Source of the DNA: Amoebophrya sp. A120
Taxonomy: Eukaryota > Protista > Dinoflagellata
Assembly: GCA_905178155.1 (NCBI GenBank)
Contig: CAJINV010000019.1
Location: 626,475 to 690,474 of the forward strand
Direction: 5' to 3'
Length of the DNA: 64,000 bases
The notes below the pieces were generated by a model. The model was given only the letters and a program-made list of their open reading frames with translations. It made no database searches and was not told where the DNA came from. Below are positions 1 through 13,735 of this stretch, piece after piece; the stretch's first letter is position 1, and every line of letters begins with the position of its first letter. The position numbers were made by a program, and so were the translations under genes.

Positions 1-707
1 ACAACCAGCAGCTGTGCAATCTTCCTGTTTCCGAACGAGTTGTACTGTAGGCGAATAAGAAGAAAAATCCATTAAAAAATTCCCAGCCGAGAGGTGCTGA
101 GTTTTATATTCGGTCGCAAAAGTTTTTTACAGTTTCATAGACATCAGCACGCAAAATGCTATAATTGTCAGCGGCCCGCCAACGGTCCTGCCGCTCTGGA
201 AACAAAAGAATTAGACATCAAGTTGATGGCGCAGCTTGGTCTAACAAGATGAGTTTTCATAGTGTAGTAATCTGAAAAGGTCCGAGAAAGAAACAGTGCT
301 AAAAACTGCAAGCGGCGTGACCGTTCGTCGTGTGAGCTGAAGGGATAAGCTAATTCGTGTACGCAAAACACTTTAGCAGCAGAGAAAAAGTTTTTTCCTG
401 GTCTGCTCTGGACGAAACGATGCTTTAGCAGCCAAAAACTTCCTTCCGGCCGCCGTAACAACTTCCGCAGAGCGTGGCGCGACTAGTATACTTACAACTA
501 GGGCAGCGGCCATAATTTGTCGCGTTGTTGACTGCTCGCCATTGTTATTATTCAAAACTGCAAAACTTGCTTCGTTTCTTAATTTTTTTATACCTACTCC
601 TACTTTACAGCGACTGCAACTCCATCAGCTCCTACACATTTATTCATACTTATTTTGTTCTCGAATTCGTCTTTTTGATTAGGATGTTCATGCTCGTCTT
701 CCGGGGC

Positions 708-3700
708 CTAGTAGCCCCTAGCCGGGCCCCCGTAATCATACGGCAGGTCCTATCCCGAGCAAAAACATCTCCACCCCATAGTTAAGTTGGGAAATCTGCT
801 AGACAAATCAACAAACTTTGGCTGTTCCGCATGACAAGTTTGGTGTCGTAGTGTAATCCTGTTTAGCTAGTTCAACAGCATAACACGTCTAGCCTCGTGT
901 GCGGATTGCAGCATCACAAATTCCGAGACACGAAGAAAGCATGCTTGTCATGGGGCTCCGCATGAGAAACATTATAAAAATGCGAATTTGCATTACAACT
1001 ACGGGGTGGGGACGTTTTTACATAGGATAGGTCCAGGCCCGTCGGGTGATCGTAGGCCGTCGGATAGGGGTTCGGCGGAAAGAGACTCGGCTGCCCGAAG
1101 GGGGTCGTAGGGCCTGTGGGTGGCAGCGGGACACTCGCAGTCGGCGGCGGCGTGTTCGCGAGAGATGAAGCCTGTTTTGATTGGAAGTCGTGGTCATGTA
1201 TAGTGGAAAAATGATCATGATGCCCAAGACGTTGTTTGACGTTGTTTCTTACTTTCTACTCCCTGCCAACAAGAACTACTTCCAGAAGATCTAGGATCTT
1301 CAAAAACCTCTATCATAAAGAAACTGTACCTGCTGCTGCAGCAATGCCGCGATGTTGGGCGGGAGATAAGGATCCTGCGACAGGCTCTGGACTTGCTGTA
1401 ACATGAGCAGGTTCTGCAGCAACGGACCGGTGCTCGCGGCCGAAGTGTCTAGATTGTAGTTCAGCTCGGCTAGTAGCTGCGCCTGCGCGTGGTGGAGCTC
1501 CGGTGCTGTGGGGGTGATTTTTGTTTTCGTTGTCGAGAGTAGAGGGAGATTGAAGTCTTGAAAGATATATAAAAAAATGCAGTTTGTCATGCGCAACAGT
1601 TGTAACTTGAATTTTAATACGCGAGGATATGAAATTCAAATCGCAAACCACTATTAAACAATCAATCTATACAGTTCGTGCTGGCGTGACTGCTGTTGTC
1701 GGTCGGCACACTGTAGTAAGACTGGTCCGACCCGTACGCATTTCCGCCCTTGTACGACCCCGCCCCTCCGGCACTGCTACCCTTGATGCCCGCCAACGCA
1801 CCCAGGGGCGGAGGTGGTCCACCCGCGCCTCCACTTGCGAAGCTGTTCAGCGGATGGTAGTTTCCATTGGCGTTGCTGCCGCTCCCATGATGGTACCCGC
1901 TGACCGAGTACCCTGGGTTACTGTTCGCGTAGTAGGAAGATGCAGAGGAAGATCCCCCGGTAGCCGACTGCGCCGAGTAGTAGCTGGCCGCGGTCGGGGG
2001 AGAGTTGTGGTAGCTGTACTTCGATGAATTGTAGCCCCCGCCGTAATTGCTGTAGCCATCGTACATACTGTTTTTGCTGTACTGCTTGCCCTTGCCCTTG
2101 AACACAGACGCGCCGCCCTTGTTGCTCTTGGTGTTTTTACCTGAAGGTTGTGGGGGATGAGAAACAGAAATCTACTATTGCCATGGTTCTATTTTCTTCG
2201 ATGGAGATCAAGAACATGCATCTAATTCCGGACGATTGCAGGTTGATGATACATGTTGTTCTAGCTCCGTAATGGATCAATCGATCCTCTGCAGCGAGAC
2301 AGCACCTTCTTGGCCATGTCTGTCAACATGCAAGGAACATTTTGCTCGTTGCACAGCTCGACGTAGTATCAAATCATAAGCAGCTAAAAACAATTATACC
2401 CTTGCTATTCGTTGGACTTGTTGACTTGGACCCCGCTGCGCTGTTGGCGTCGTCCACCATATCGCCAGTCTTGGCCCACTCGGCCTTCAGGTGCCACACA
2501 TGGTCTCGGCTGTCGTTCAAGCACACCAAACCCTCCCGGGTCGCGTCCAAAGCTTTCATGGCCTCCTCCTTGGATTCAAACTTCACAAACCCGAAACACC
2601 GGGGTCTGGTGTTGTTTTTGTCCAAGACCAGGTGGACGCGTTTCACCTTGCAGTGCTTGGAAAACTCGCGGTGCACGTCCTCCTCTGTGGCCTCCCAGGG
2701 GAAATACCTGCGAACAAAGTTTTGATTTGTCATGAAATTATGGTCGCAATGACTCAACTTGATTTTTTCATGAATCTTGTCAAGACAATTACGAATTTCA
2801 TGATTTTTGTCATGCATTTTGGACATCAACAACAAAACGCAGTACGCGATCAGCAGCGTTTGTCCTCCATTCGGTGGTGGCGTTCCCACATCGTGCATGG
2901 TTTCTTTCGGGGGGTGGTGGTGAATCACCGTCGTGGTCGCCACAGGCGTGGTGACGGCAGGTGGAGCTGTATGTAGGTGAAGTTGATTGTGAAGTAGAAT
3001 TTCAACTTATCAGAAGTCTTAGGCGCATGATTCCAAAAACTACCATCAGTGCGCCACAAGTGCAGCAGTCTTCCATGGCAAAAGAGTTGAAGAACAACGT
3101 CAAGCGTCAAAGTCCATAGTACTCTTAGACTTACCTTTCTTCTGCTCGGCATGATTTATGTCCACTCGGTTGTTATTGTTTGTCATGATCGCAGGCTTTT
3201 CCGGTTCGCCAGTTGCACTGGCCGCCGGGGAGGTTGGCGGCTTGTTGGCCGCTAGATCGTATCAAATGCAAAAGTGTCTGGGTCTGGAAGAGTCATGCTG
3301 TTTTTGCATGACACAGAAGGTCTGGCATGCAAGCTCTAGCATCACAGGTTTCGAGAAGCGTTCGCAATGCCGAATCCGCATGACAAATCCCCCACTTTGG
3401 TGACAGACAGTAGGCAACTTGTGCTGCCTATGCATGAGAGATTTTTCTGTGTTCTGAAATGCGCATCACAAGTTTGTATTCTTCCAGACCCAGACATTTT
3501 TGCATTTGATAGATCGGGGGTGCTGTGGGTCGTAGACGGGTCCGGAGTCCACGTTGCCGCAGCGCTGTCGGTATCCTGTGCAAAAGTATCGCACTCGTAG
3601 TAATTGCACTTATGCATTACAAATCCAGTTCCTAAGGCAAATCCGCATTACAAATTGAATTTGTAATGCTGAGCCAATTTGTATTGCAATTTATACTAGT

Positions 3701-3733
3701 ACGATGCTTTTGCATTTGATAGTCGGGTAACAT
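708..3733 (-). CDS. Multi-exon RRM-domain RNA-binding protein with Gly/Ser/Tyr- and Pro/Gln-rich low-complexity C-terminus
   Basis: ORF 2374..2943 has RRM motifs (FPWEATEEDVHREFSKHCKVKRVHLVLDKNNTRPRCFGFVKF). ATG at 3733. Frame continues across introners 3572-3721, 3260-3511 and 751-1029 and across GT-AG introns (e.g. 2967-3134, 1172-1328). Inferred stop at 708-710. Exon structure inferred by eye. Confidence 0.7.
751..1029. mobile_element. Introner family C
   Basis: TATCCCGAGCAAAAAC...GTTTTTACATAGGATA; TSD GGTCC/GGTCC. Confidence 0.9.
3260..3511. mobile_element. Introner family A
   Basis: ~31-bp TIR TATCAAATGCAAAAGTGTCTGGGTCTGGAAG; TSD GATCG/GATCG. Confidence 0.93.
3572..3721. mobile_element. 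Introner family B
   Basis: TATCCTGTGCAAAAGTATCG...CGATGCTTTTGCATTTGATA; TSD GTCGG/GTCGG. Confidence 0.92.
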
Positions 3734-6700
3734 CGCCAGCAACTTCTAGTCGTTAGACTTAGTATACGTCCAAGCAGAGTTTCGTGTTCGTCTTCAGGCT
3801 ACAGTTAAGGTTCTCTATCTCTTGCACTGATAGTAGAAGTCGGTGGCGCCTCAAGTATAATTTTCTCTTCTCTACGACGGCGCGAATCTTCCCAGCAGCC
3901 TGTCGTGCAGTGGTGACACAACAAGGTTCTACTTCGTGACACAAGAATCTACGAATAACGTAGAAGGTTTATTTAAAGCGAAACAAAAACAAGGAAAGAG
4001 AAAGACACACGCGCTCTTTATGGTGAGAAGCAACACTTCTGTAGTGATCGGTTATGAAACTAGTAGTTGTTGAAACGAGTGGCTGCTAAAAGTTGGCGTT
4101 GGAAACTACGCGGCGTCTGCTCATTAAATATTCGAATTCGTATAATTGAGAAGAAACGGATAAGGATATTCTTTATCAAGTAGGAGTGGAACTATCGTAT
4201 AGAAGTGTGAAAATGGTGAAAAATCTGTATGGGTGATACTGTAGTAGAAAATCGTATAGGGGTATAGCAGATAGAGCGGGAGTTGTGAGATTTCCTGGTT
4301 TTTTTAGAGCAGACGAAGAGAAGCAATTGCCGTGAAAATCATGTTGAAACAACGAGATCTACAAGCGGTTTTGAGATGAAGACAGACACTCTCGAAACGA
4401 AGGACGATGTTGCGCCGCTCAGGTGCTGCTCGGTACGTGCTCCTGTACTCGTACGGACTCCGGGATGATAAAAAGAGAAAAAAACGAGGGCCGTTTTGGT
4501 TTTGCCGTTTGTGTGGACGAGACGAAATAAATAACTTCTGCAGCTCAGAAAGCACGACCGAAAACAAGCACGAATGTGATGCTGCTTGTGCTCAACGTCA
4601 GAACTACCGAAGAGTTATTTAGGCCTTTTTGCCAGTGCTGTACGAGTACGGAAAACCGAGTGTGTCGCTGAAGGAAAGATTTGGGGATGCCGAAATACCT
4701 TCCGAGAAAAACGCAAATTAATTCAGAAACGAGTCTATAGAGCGAGGGACTTGAAGAGCATTGAAGAGACGATATAGGGTGATACGTAATTGATATCTCG
4801 CGCTCGTGTACTAGCAAAGAAACAATAGTGTACTGGTAAGCCCGCGGAAGATCAGCGTGTGCGTTAATTGAAATTATGACAACACTTGCACTTGGACAAT
4901 CTTCTGGAAAAGAGTTCCAGTTTTCGATAATTCTGGTTCATTCGAGTAATCCAAAAAAAGAAAAAGCCCGACTACAACAACATCAAAATTTCGTATCAAC
5001 AAAAACCCGACTGCTAGTATTGCTTAGAGCAAGTATCGTCAGAAATGCGAAATCGGTAGTGTGGTAGAATTCTGAAAAATCCGGAAGAGGAAGTCAGTTG
5101 TCGTGTGCGTGGCGTGGCCGTCTCTGGTACTCAGCACCGTCAACGTAGCTTGCCTTTCGTGTTGGAAGATGTGTTCAGTTTGTGTTCAGTAACTGCACAA
5201 AATCTACTGTCAATGGGATCCCAATTCTAGTGCAGACAGCGGAAACGGTAACGGATGAAATGAAATGCAAAAAAATAAACTTCTTCAAGTTTCCAGGAGA
5301 GATTTATAACAATTTAGCGGCTCAAAATGAGTACGGATTTATGAATGCAAGAAAAGTCTGCATTTGTGTCCGCTAAGTAGCACTCATCGTCCTCGGTAGA
5401 CCCGCTGCACCTTACGCTCAGGTGCTTGTGAAAATGGACATACAAATGAGGTCTCAGGCGGCCGCACATAATACCCTCACACACCTTCCAGTTCTACAAA
5501 CAATGCCTCTGTAGACTGTCCCTCCTGTATTGATTGCTCGACCTCTGAGGTGCGCTGCTCGTTCTCATCTGTAAGTGCCCTTATCATGATCCATGAAACA
5601 AGTCGGCGCACGCTTCCTCTCCCCGGCGCAGGTCCTCCGCTCACTGGCGCAGTCGCGAACACTTCTGGCAACCAGCGCACATAGCCAACTTCGAGACGCA
5701 GAAAACACAATCGAAGCAGCGAACAGGACGGCCTCCATCAGGGCGGAATAAATAGAGAAGCGGGCCGCGACATACAAAGCCGCGCCACCAGGGCCGGCGG
5801 GCCGCGCCCAACATCGGCGCCCCTGCTACCGCCGCCCCCCCGCGGGCGCTGGCTGGAAAAGGGGCACGTCACCGGCCCGATTCGCCGCTAGCTAGGGCCG
5901 GGGCGGCTCTTTGGCGCATTTAAGTGGCGCACGCGGCCGGCGCGCGGCACTGGCGAAGAGGCCCGCCGCCCGGGCGGTCCACCCGGTACGGAAGCAAGCG
6001 CGCGCGCGGCGCGGGGCCAGGGTGGGGCACCGCTGGAGGCCAGCGCGTCACAGTCGAGACAGCAAGAATAGGCCGCTGCGCCCCCTGCTTCTCGTTCTCC
6101 GCCGCGATTGCTAACGGGAGCAGCTTTCCGCGGGTGAGTTTCGAAAAAACCCGCTGCACACTTGTGCACTTTTGTCGCTTGTTCATGCGGCACGGCGCAC
6201 CAGTAGGCTACGGGGGGCCCAGGCTTCCGGCTGACATGCTTCCTTTGCTAGGATCCGCCGCGCGACCAGAAGGAGCGCCAACATCTCTGCTGCCGGAGGG
6301 AAAGGGTGCGACGCGCGGAAGCCGGCGCGCATCGCAATCGCGGGGTCTTGTCTCCGTCTAGCTTCTGGAGCAAATAACACCCTCCGCCCTGTTGCTTGTC
6401 GTGTCAAGCGAAGAGCCAGCCGGGTAACTGACTGCCGCGTTCTTCGCAGGGAAAGGGGCTGACAACTCGGGCAAGCGACAACCACGGCGGGCAACCACCA
6501 CTGGCTCCGCGGGATAAGCGCAGTTCTGTTCTTGAAATAATATCACGTAGAATAGCAAGGACAAGGTGGATATTCAATTCCGCCTCTCAGGTCTGAAGCA
6601 AGATAAGATTCTCCAACTCAACACCTCGTCCCCTCTTGTGTCGGTAATTTACTTATGCTTATGGCTGCACTCAACCGTGAACGCTTTCATTTTCAGGATA

Positions 6701-7033
6701 GAACAGGCACTCCTCTGAAGAGCTTCTCTCCATAGCAACTCGTTTCGCAATTCTGATGAAGATGTTGAAATCTTGACGCAATACGGACACTTCAAACACG
6801 AGGACGTCGGAGCACGAGCCTGCTTCGTAGAAGCGGATCGATTTGCAAGGAGCAGAAGAAGGAAGAGGAGGTTCTTAAGTTTATTACACCTTTTTGATGT
6901 TTGTGTTTCTCGCGTACAACTCTTCTTTTCATTCCATTTGCGTTCTGAGGTATCTGTTGAATCTGTTCAGCAAATAGAATATCCGATCGGCACCTGGGAT
7001 AAGAGTCTCTGATTATCAAACTTCTCAACATCC

Positions 7034-8195
7034 TCACCCAGGCGATTGAAACTGCACGTGCTTCTGTTGTCGCTGCTGCGCAAATTCATTTTGATACAGC
7101 AGCTGCTGCTGCTGTTGCTGTTCGACAGGGTAGTTATTAGAAAACTCGTACCTATCGGCATCCCCTCCAGCCCCGCCAAAACTACTCCCTCCAGCCCCCG
7201 CTCCCCGCATCACCAAGCCTTCCAATTCTTTCCGCAAGGCCACCAACTGTTCCCGCTTCGCAATTATCCTGTCGCTGGTGCACACATTTTTTGCGTACAG
7301 CTCCGACGCGTTCGCCGAGCTATTCGCGATCTCCATCTCCGTCTGGATCCCGTCGAGCTTCAGGCTCAACCGATTCGTAAAGTCCGTGCGAAGGAGGTTC
7401 AAGTACGACTTGTCTGCCGCGTTCTTCAATCGGCGGTACTCGCCGTTTTGCTCCGGGATTCGCCTTATGAATTGCAAAAGTATAATCGTACTCGTATAAA
7501 TGCATTACAAATTTCCTCAGCGTGAGAAATGAAATTTGTAATGCTGATTTACCTTAAGAAAAATATACTGTGATGCATGATTGCAATACGAGTACGACAC
7601 TTTTGCACAGGATACGCCTTTCGAACAGCAGCGTTTGGAACACTTCGTCGAAGATCTGCTCGAAGTCGATTTTGTCAGCGAGTTTCGTGTATCAACTGCA
7701 AAAGTGTCTGGGTCTGGGAGAGTCCGAGATTTGTCATGCTAATCTGGCATGATTCTGAACTCTGTATTGCGCGGCCGCGAAGAGCTGCTACTCCCTGTCA
7801 TGCAAAAACGCAGTTTCTCATGCAGAATACGCAACTCAGAACCATGCCAAAAAACTTGTCATGCTTGGCAGCGCATTACAGTGAGCTCACTCTTCCCTTC
7901 CTAAGGAGGGAAGAGTGAGTGACGCAAGGACCTTGCATCACAAATTTCCAGACCCAGACATTTTTGCAATCCATATCGTGCCTACTTCGCCGAGAGAAAT
8001 CGGGGGACCGGAGTAGGGCGGGGGTGACGGTTGGTGGTTTTCCAGTTGAAATTGGTTATTGTGCTGATCGGGATTAAACAGCTGCTGCTGATAATTATAC
8101 TGGTGCTGCTGTAGTTGTTCCTGCTGGTTAGACTGCAGCTGCTGCTGGTAATTATCGTAGTGCTGGTACGTGGTCGTCGGTTGAAGCGCGTTCAT
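7034..8195 (-). CDS. Hypothetical protein with Gln-rich termini and a probable helical core, 3 exons
   Basis: ORFs 7938..8195 and 7034..7477 join through a short middle exon (KLADKIDFEQIFDEVFQTLLFER) after removal of introners 7690-7975 and 7466-7614, each with one TSD copy. No family recognised. Confidence 0.6.
7466..7614. mobile_element. Introner family B
   Basis: TIRs; TSD CGCCT/CGCCT. Confidence 0.92.
7690..7975. mobile_element. Introner family A
   Basis: TIRs; TSD TCGTG/TCGTG. Confidence 0.92.
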
Positions 8196-9017
8196 TTTTC
8201 GGCAAGGGTGTGTGTGTATACGCTACAGATGTGAGAATCTAGATCAAACTTGTGTGCTACTCAAGTCGACATCCGTAGTGCCTAGGCCTCTAAATCTAAT
8301 CTTCGTGTAGTTTCCTACTACTTCAGCAAACGGATATATAAAAGTTGATGCGCTTCCTTGCTAGATTTGAACAAACACACTACACGATTGCTGGCGCGAC
8401 AAACACAGAAAGATAGGATGACGCTAGTGCGACGTGAAGATAGATCTCCTCGTCCGCTGTAGTTGCGATCACGACCTTTTTTGCAATACAAATCACAAAA
8501 GTTGACGAAGCTTCTGCTCTTCATAGGTGCAAGAACTACTTCTCTCTTCAACTCCCACAATCGCGACTGACAAGCACTGGCAGTTTGGACATCTTCAACT
8601 CGATATTCCTTGGCGGTCGTACTGATGCGTACCACGGACTTACTGTGCGTGGGCGAGGCTGAACTACAGAAACAGAGAAAGCGCAAATCTTGTTTTGCGA
8701 GGATCACAACGCAGCTGCGCGCCACGAACCTAGCCGGTACGAAAGTATCCATATGGAACTCGTGTTTCAGTTCTGATGTCGTCATTCGCTTATCCTATTT
8801 TCTATGTCTTAGAAGAAGTAGTTCTCAGTGGCACGTCGCTTTTGTCCTTGTGTGTGTTACAACACACCCTAAGTTTTTATCTGGTCGTATGGAGGCACCA
8901 TCATGTCGTGGTTGAGCCGCACTGTGCTGATGAACCAGCACAGGCACGACCACGACCACGATTCATTATACCAAAAACGCCCTCCCCCGCACCAGCAGCA
9001 GTCAATCAATATTCACC

Positions 9018-12000
9018 TCACCTCACCGCACTGGCCGCTGCCGCCATGGCTTCTTGTTCCCGGGCGGCTTTCGCGGCTAGATTTCGCTTGTGCAAGTCGG
9101 ATATGCAATGCAAAAGCATCGTACTAGTATAAATTGCATTACAAATTTTGGCAAGAAGGAAAGTGGAATCTGTATTGCTGTTTTGCCTTAGGAAAAACAT
9201 TTGTCATGCATATTTGCAATTAGTACGAGCACGATACTTTTGCACAGGATATCCGACTCATTCTCGTGCCGAATCAACGCGGCCGCGTGGGGGAATTTTC
9301 GCTGACACAAATAGCAGATGTACTCCCTCTCTTCCTCCGGTTCGGGGACATCCTCCGCATCGGACAGTTCCATGTCCTCCTCATCAGATTTATCAACTGC
9401 AAAAGTGTCTGAATCTGGAAGAGTGCCAGACTTGTCATGCAGGTTTTCCATGACCCATGAGGTCTGGCATATAGGACATAGCATGACAGAATCTGTGAGA
9501 GTTCTATCATGCCTATCCTGCATGAGAAACTGCCTCTCGATTAGGTCAAAAGTGGACAGCTTTTGGTAATCACGCAACACAGATTTGTACATGATTCAGA
9601 TTTAGCATGACAAGTCTGCATTCTTCCAGTCCCAGATGACACTTTTGCATTTGATAAGATTCGGACGCAAACACCGCGGGTTGCTTCTTCGTATTCAACA
9701 TCGTCCCAAGGTTCTTATCAACTACAAATATGTCTGGGTCTGGAAGGATACAAGGTGAAGGTTTGTCATGCTTGTCTGGCATGACTGAAGAGTTTGTGAT
9801 GCGTGTGCAAGAAGAGACCTCTTTGCTTGTCATTCCAAAACGCAGTTTTTCATGCGGAAAGCGCAACACTAAGAAGCGCAGATATTTCTCATGCTTGGCT
9901 GTGCATTTCAGAGCATTCACCATTCCCAACCCAGCATTACAAGTTTCCAGACCACCCAGACATTTTTGCATTTGATAGTTCTGCTGTGGCTGCTGACCCT
10001 GCGGCGCAAGAAGATGTTGCTGCTGTTGTACCTGCTGCTGCCGTAATTGCTGGTGGTGCGATGTCGCGTTGTAGATATCCTGAAAGTATCAAATGTAAAA
10101 ATGTCTGGGTCTGGAAGATTCTGACACTTGTCATGCACGTTTTGCATGAGCCCTGATGTCTGTGATGCATGCCCTAGCATCACAGATTTTTTGAGAGCTT
10201 CTTGATGCCTATTCCGCATGACAAATGCCCTCTCCGCGTAGCAAGAATTACATTCCCTTATGGTACTCATGCAATACAGATTTTTTTGGAATCCAAATCC
10301 AGCATCACAAGTTGCATTCTTCCAGACCCAGACACTTTTACATTTGATAGAAAGCTGACCGGGCCTCGAGAATCAGTAGGCGCCGGTTGGGGCGCGAACT
10401 GCGGCGACGGCTTCCCTAACGGAATCGAGTTCGAACCTGTGGAAAAGCTTGGCGGCGGACGCTGTTGCTGCTGCTGCTGCTGCGAGGGATTCATGTTCTG
10501 TTGCTGGGTCATTTGGTTGTTATACAGCATTGAACTACTATGCTGTTGCGGTTGGGAATTTGGCGACGGAAGCCTTTGCTGGTTCATCCGGTCATTCAAC
10601 TGACTCTGCTCCATCGACGCCGCGGCCATCGCGTTGCGCATACTGGAGGCGGTTGCGCTGAGAGGGGGCGGGGCAGTCGTGCTAGGGTCGTCAACAGCGC
10701 TTGTTGATGGCATAGTACTTGATGTTCCTGTCACATTTACTGGGAATGAAGCATCTTGCTGTAGCTGCGGGTTGTTGTACGTCGCATCTGTGCTATTCGG
10801 AGGTGACCCACCAGGCACGCCAGGTGGTGCACCAGTTTGCCCACTCTCCACCGTAGAGGCTGCAGCTCCAAGCTGCGGACTTTGCACCGGGTTCGGCTGG
10901 ATCACCAACCCAAATTCGTGCTTCCAGCTCGCCGGGAGATGCTTCAAGGGGAGTTTGGCACAATCCTCCTTGATCTTTCCCTTGGAGTCCACCTGGATGA
11001 GAACTCGCGATTCCTTCTCGTACTGAAAATAAATCGCGTTAGCGTCGAAGAAAAAACCCCGCTCGGAGTCGAAATACCTGTATAAAAGATTTTTTTTGCT
11101 TTGTATAATCTCCGAATTCTTGATCTTGTTTTGGAGCGGAATAAAGAGATTAGCCAATTATGCTGTGAAATGAATCGCTATAGTGATCGAAACAAACACA
11201 AAGACAAACAGGAAGAGTTCCTGCAGAAGATGAAATAGTACATTGTAAGCCCCTCGTTATCCACAGTGGTCCATATTGCCGTTTGCGTTTCATCGGGATT
11301 CCAAACGTTCATCAGTTTCCTCCCACGTGGTAGAGACTTATCCATCGGCTTACTATCGCCGGAAGAAGTAGATCCTGTTGCGCCGCCGCTGTTTCCACCT
11401 CCAGGCGGGACTAGAACCCCGGCTGAGGAAGCTGTGGCACCAGCGTTGGCTGAAGCTGCAGCTCCCCCGCCGCCGTTGATCCGACTGTTGCTCACGGCAG
11501 CCGTCGTTGTCGCCTTTGCACCATTCGCGCCCTCGAACTTCTTCAGATAAGAGGCCCACATGCTGCTATTGGTGTTCTCTTCCTTCTCTAGTATCGCAGA
11601 AACTGCTGCACTCGTAGAATTATTCCCTCCTGCGCTCGATGAAGATAAAAACGGGTTGGAGGGTCCACTTTTGTCGTCATTTTTCTCCTGCATCAATTTC
11701 AGGAGCTCCGGTTCCTGTGCGAGCAAGGAAATGTGTTTCTTCGGCAATTTTGTAGCCTGTAAAACCGCGGGTAAATTCGCCTGGTCTCTTTCAAACTGCA
11801 CCTGCGCGGAGGCTTTCGCAAAGTGCGGGTCGACAAAAGTGTCGTTGATTTTTGACTGTTTCTTATCCTGAGTAAAAACGTACCCACGCCAGAGTTGTAA
11901 TGCAGATTTGCAAAGACAGGAAGACTTGTCATGCGCATCCCCATGAGAGCCATTTCCAATCGCGTTTTGGAATTTGTGACGCTGTGAACAGGATGAGCAG

Positions 12001-13735
12001 ATGAATCTGTGACGCGGCTGCACTTGCCAACCTGCACTACACTGCAGAGTGCAACTTGTCATGCGTGACTCACAAAACTCCTAGGTTTGTGTTGCAAAAT
12101 CCCCATCGTGACTCTGGTGTGGGTACGTTTTTACTCAGGATATTTCTGCGACTTAAACCGGTCCATCACCAATTTCGCGGTGGGTTGGGACTTGCAGTAT
12201 CAACTGCAAAAATGTCTGGGTCTGGAAGAATGCATGTTTGTCATGCTTGTCTGGCATGACTCTTAAATCTGTCATGCACGTTACCCAAGAGCCCTATTTT
12301 TCTGTCATGCAAAAACGCAGTTTGTCATGCAGAATAGGCAACACATAGAAGCTCAGAAACTTGTCATGCTGAGCCAGCACTTGTTGCTTTCTCATGATAC
12401 GCCACCCGGCATCACAAGTTTCCAGACCCAGACATATTTGCAATCCATATGCAGGTGACAAAGGCAAACTGGTTCTGCATCTGCTCCATCTGCTGCTTCT
12501 GCCCCTTCGTGGTCTGCGTCTGCGGGTTTGGGGGCACAGGATTGCCCCACCAATCGTATTCCTGCGGCGGCTTGTGCTTTCTGCGAGTGGTTGTAGGTTT
12601 CAGTTTTACAACGACGTCAATGTCCACTTGATTAACAATCATGGGCAGCTTGTCAAGAACGAAAATGCGGTTTGATTAAATCGACATTCTACTGCGGTTC
12701 TTTCGGTTTATCAACACATTCGATTCCTCAAAAGTGTCTGGACGAAACAGAAGGTGAGAGGCAAAAAGGAGCTTTGTAAGTAAGTACATCATCTTCACGA
12801 ATAGTATGCTGTTGGGCACCAATTCCTCGAAAATTTTTCTGATATCTTTCTCGCTTATTTCTTCGATGTGCCGGAGCTTTATCGTGTCCGATTCTTTTTC
12901 AGCATTCACATCTGCCGCTCCACCGTAATTCACGAAATCCAGCGTCTGCCCGTTCACTTCCAGCTTCTTGGATTGACCCTGATAGAAGTACAGAATGAGT
13001 TTTTTTTTCATGCCAATGTATTAATTTTACAAACACCAGCAATTTTGTCATGCTCATGCCCACCAGCTGCACTAAAAGTTGTAAGAATAGGACCGCTTTG
13101 CAAAAGCCGCATTACAATTAGTGCATCTCTCTGCAAGAAAACAGTACCTCTGCAAAGCACTTCTTCGCCGCGTCGGCTGAGGGGAATTCGATGAAACACA
13201 GCGTGTTGCTGACGAACTCGACCCTGTCTGGAACACTATACCCACCCGCAATGGCCATGTCCGCCGCCGCGTCCTCGATGTCTTCCGGGGTTAGCCCCTC
13301 GCGCTTCTGCACGCGCGCGACCACCGTGGACTCCGTGGGCTGTCGGCCCTTTGTGCGTGCTGGTTTGGCCTGAGATGTTGGGTCATGATGGTGCCAGGTG
13401 TTGTAGGATGAGTTGTACTTCCCACCGCCGAACTTCGCCCCCCCTTTTCCACCGCCTCCTTTGTGGTCCATCATTGGAGCCCCACCCCATGAAGCTCCTT
13501 GGTTGTAATAATCCTGCTGCAGATGCCCCATATTGCCATAGCTGGGATTCCCATCCTGAATCAACCCCGGCGGCCCAATCGCTTCCCCCATGCCTTGCGC
13601 GCGGCCCATCTTCCCCTTCGACAGGGGAGCTAGTCCGCCGCCGGTTTTACCGACGCCACCATAGTAGGGGGACTGCCGGTTGCGGTTGTTTTTGCCGCCG
13701 TGGTACTGCTTTCCAGGTTTGCTGTTGTACATCAT
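9018..13735 (-). CDS. RBM5/RBM10-like splicing factor (RRM-like domains, OCRE domain, C-terminal C2H2 zinc finger)
   Basis: RRM-like segments (LCFIEFPSADAAKKCF; DTIKLRHIEEISEKDIRKIFEEL), OCRE-like aromatic repeat (MYFDSERGFFFDANAIYFQYEKE) and zinc finger YICYLCQRKFPHAAALIRHENESDLHKRNL, which is completed only after removing introner 9102-9251. No G-patch seen. Confidence 0.7.
9102..9251. mobile_element. Introner family B
   Basis: TIRs; TSD TCGGA/TCCGA. Confidence 0.9.
9391..9656. mobile_element. Introner family A (closest intact relative of the LINE-split copy)
   Basis: TIRs; TSD AGATT/AGATT. Confidence 0.92.
9716..9977. mobile_element. Introner family A
   Basis: TIRs; TSD GTTCT/GTTCT. Confidence 0.92.
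10087..10349. mobile_element. Introner family A
   Basis: TIRs; TSD GAAAG/GAAAG. Confidence 0.92.
11864..12142. mobile_element. Introner family C
   Basis: TIR TATCCTGAGTAAAAACGTACCCAC; TSD TTTCT/TTTCT. Confidence 0.92.
12198..12449. mobile_element. Introner family A
   Basis: TIRs; TSD TGCAG/TGCAG. Confidence 0.92.

Noticed and set aside
5888-6494. ORFs of 67-145 aa in the GC-rich island
   Set aside because: Stop-poor GC-rich DNA gives overlapping ORFs on both strands with no recognisable motifs.
6753-6780. CTGATGA followed by a short stem, resembling a hammerhead ribozyme core
   Set aside because: No GAAA directly after the stem, and no stems I and III.
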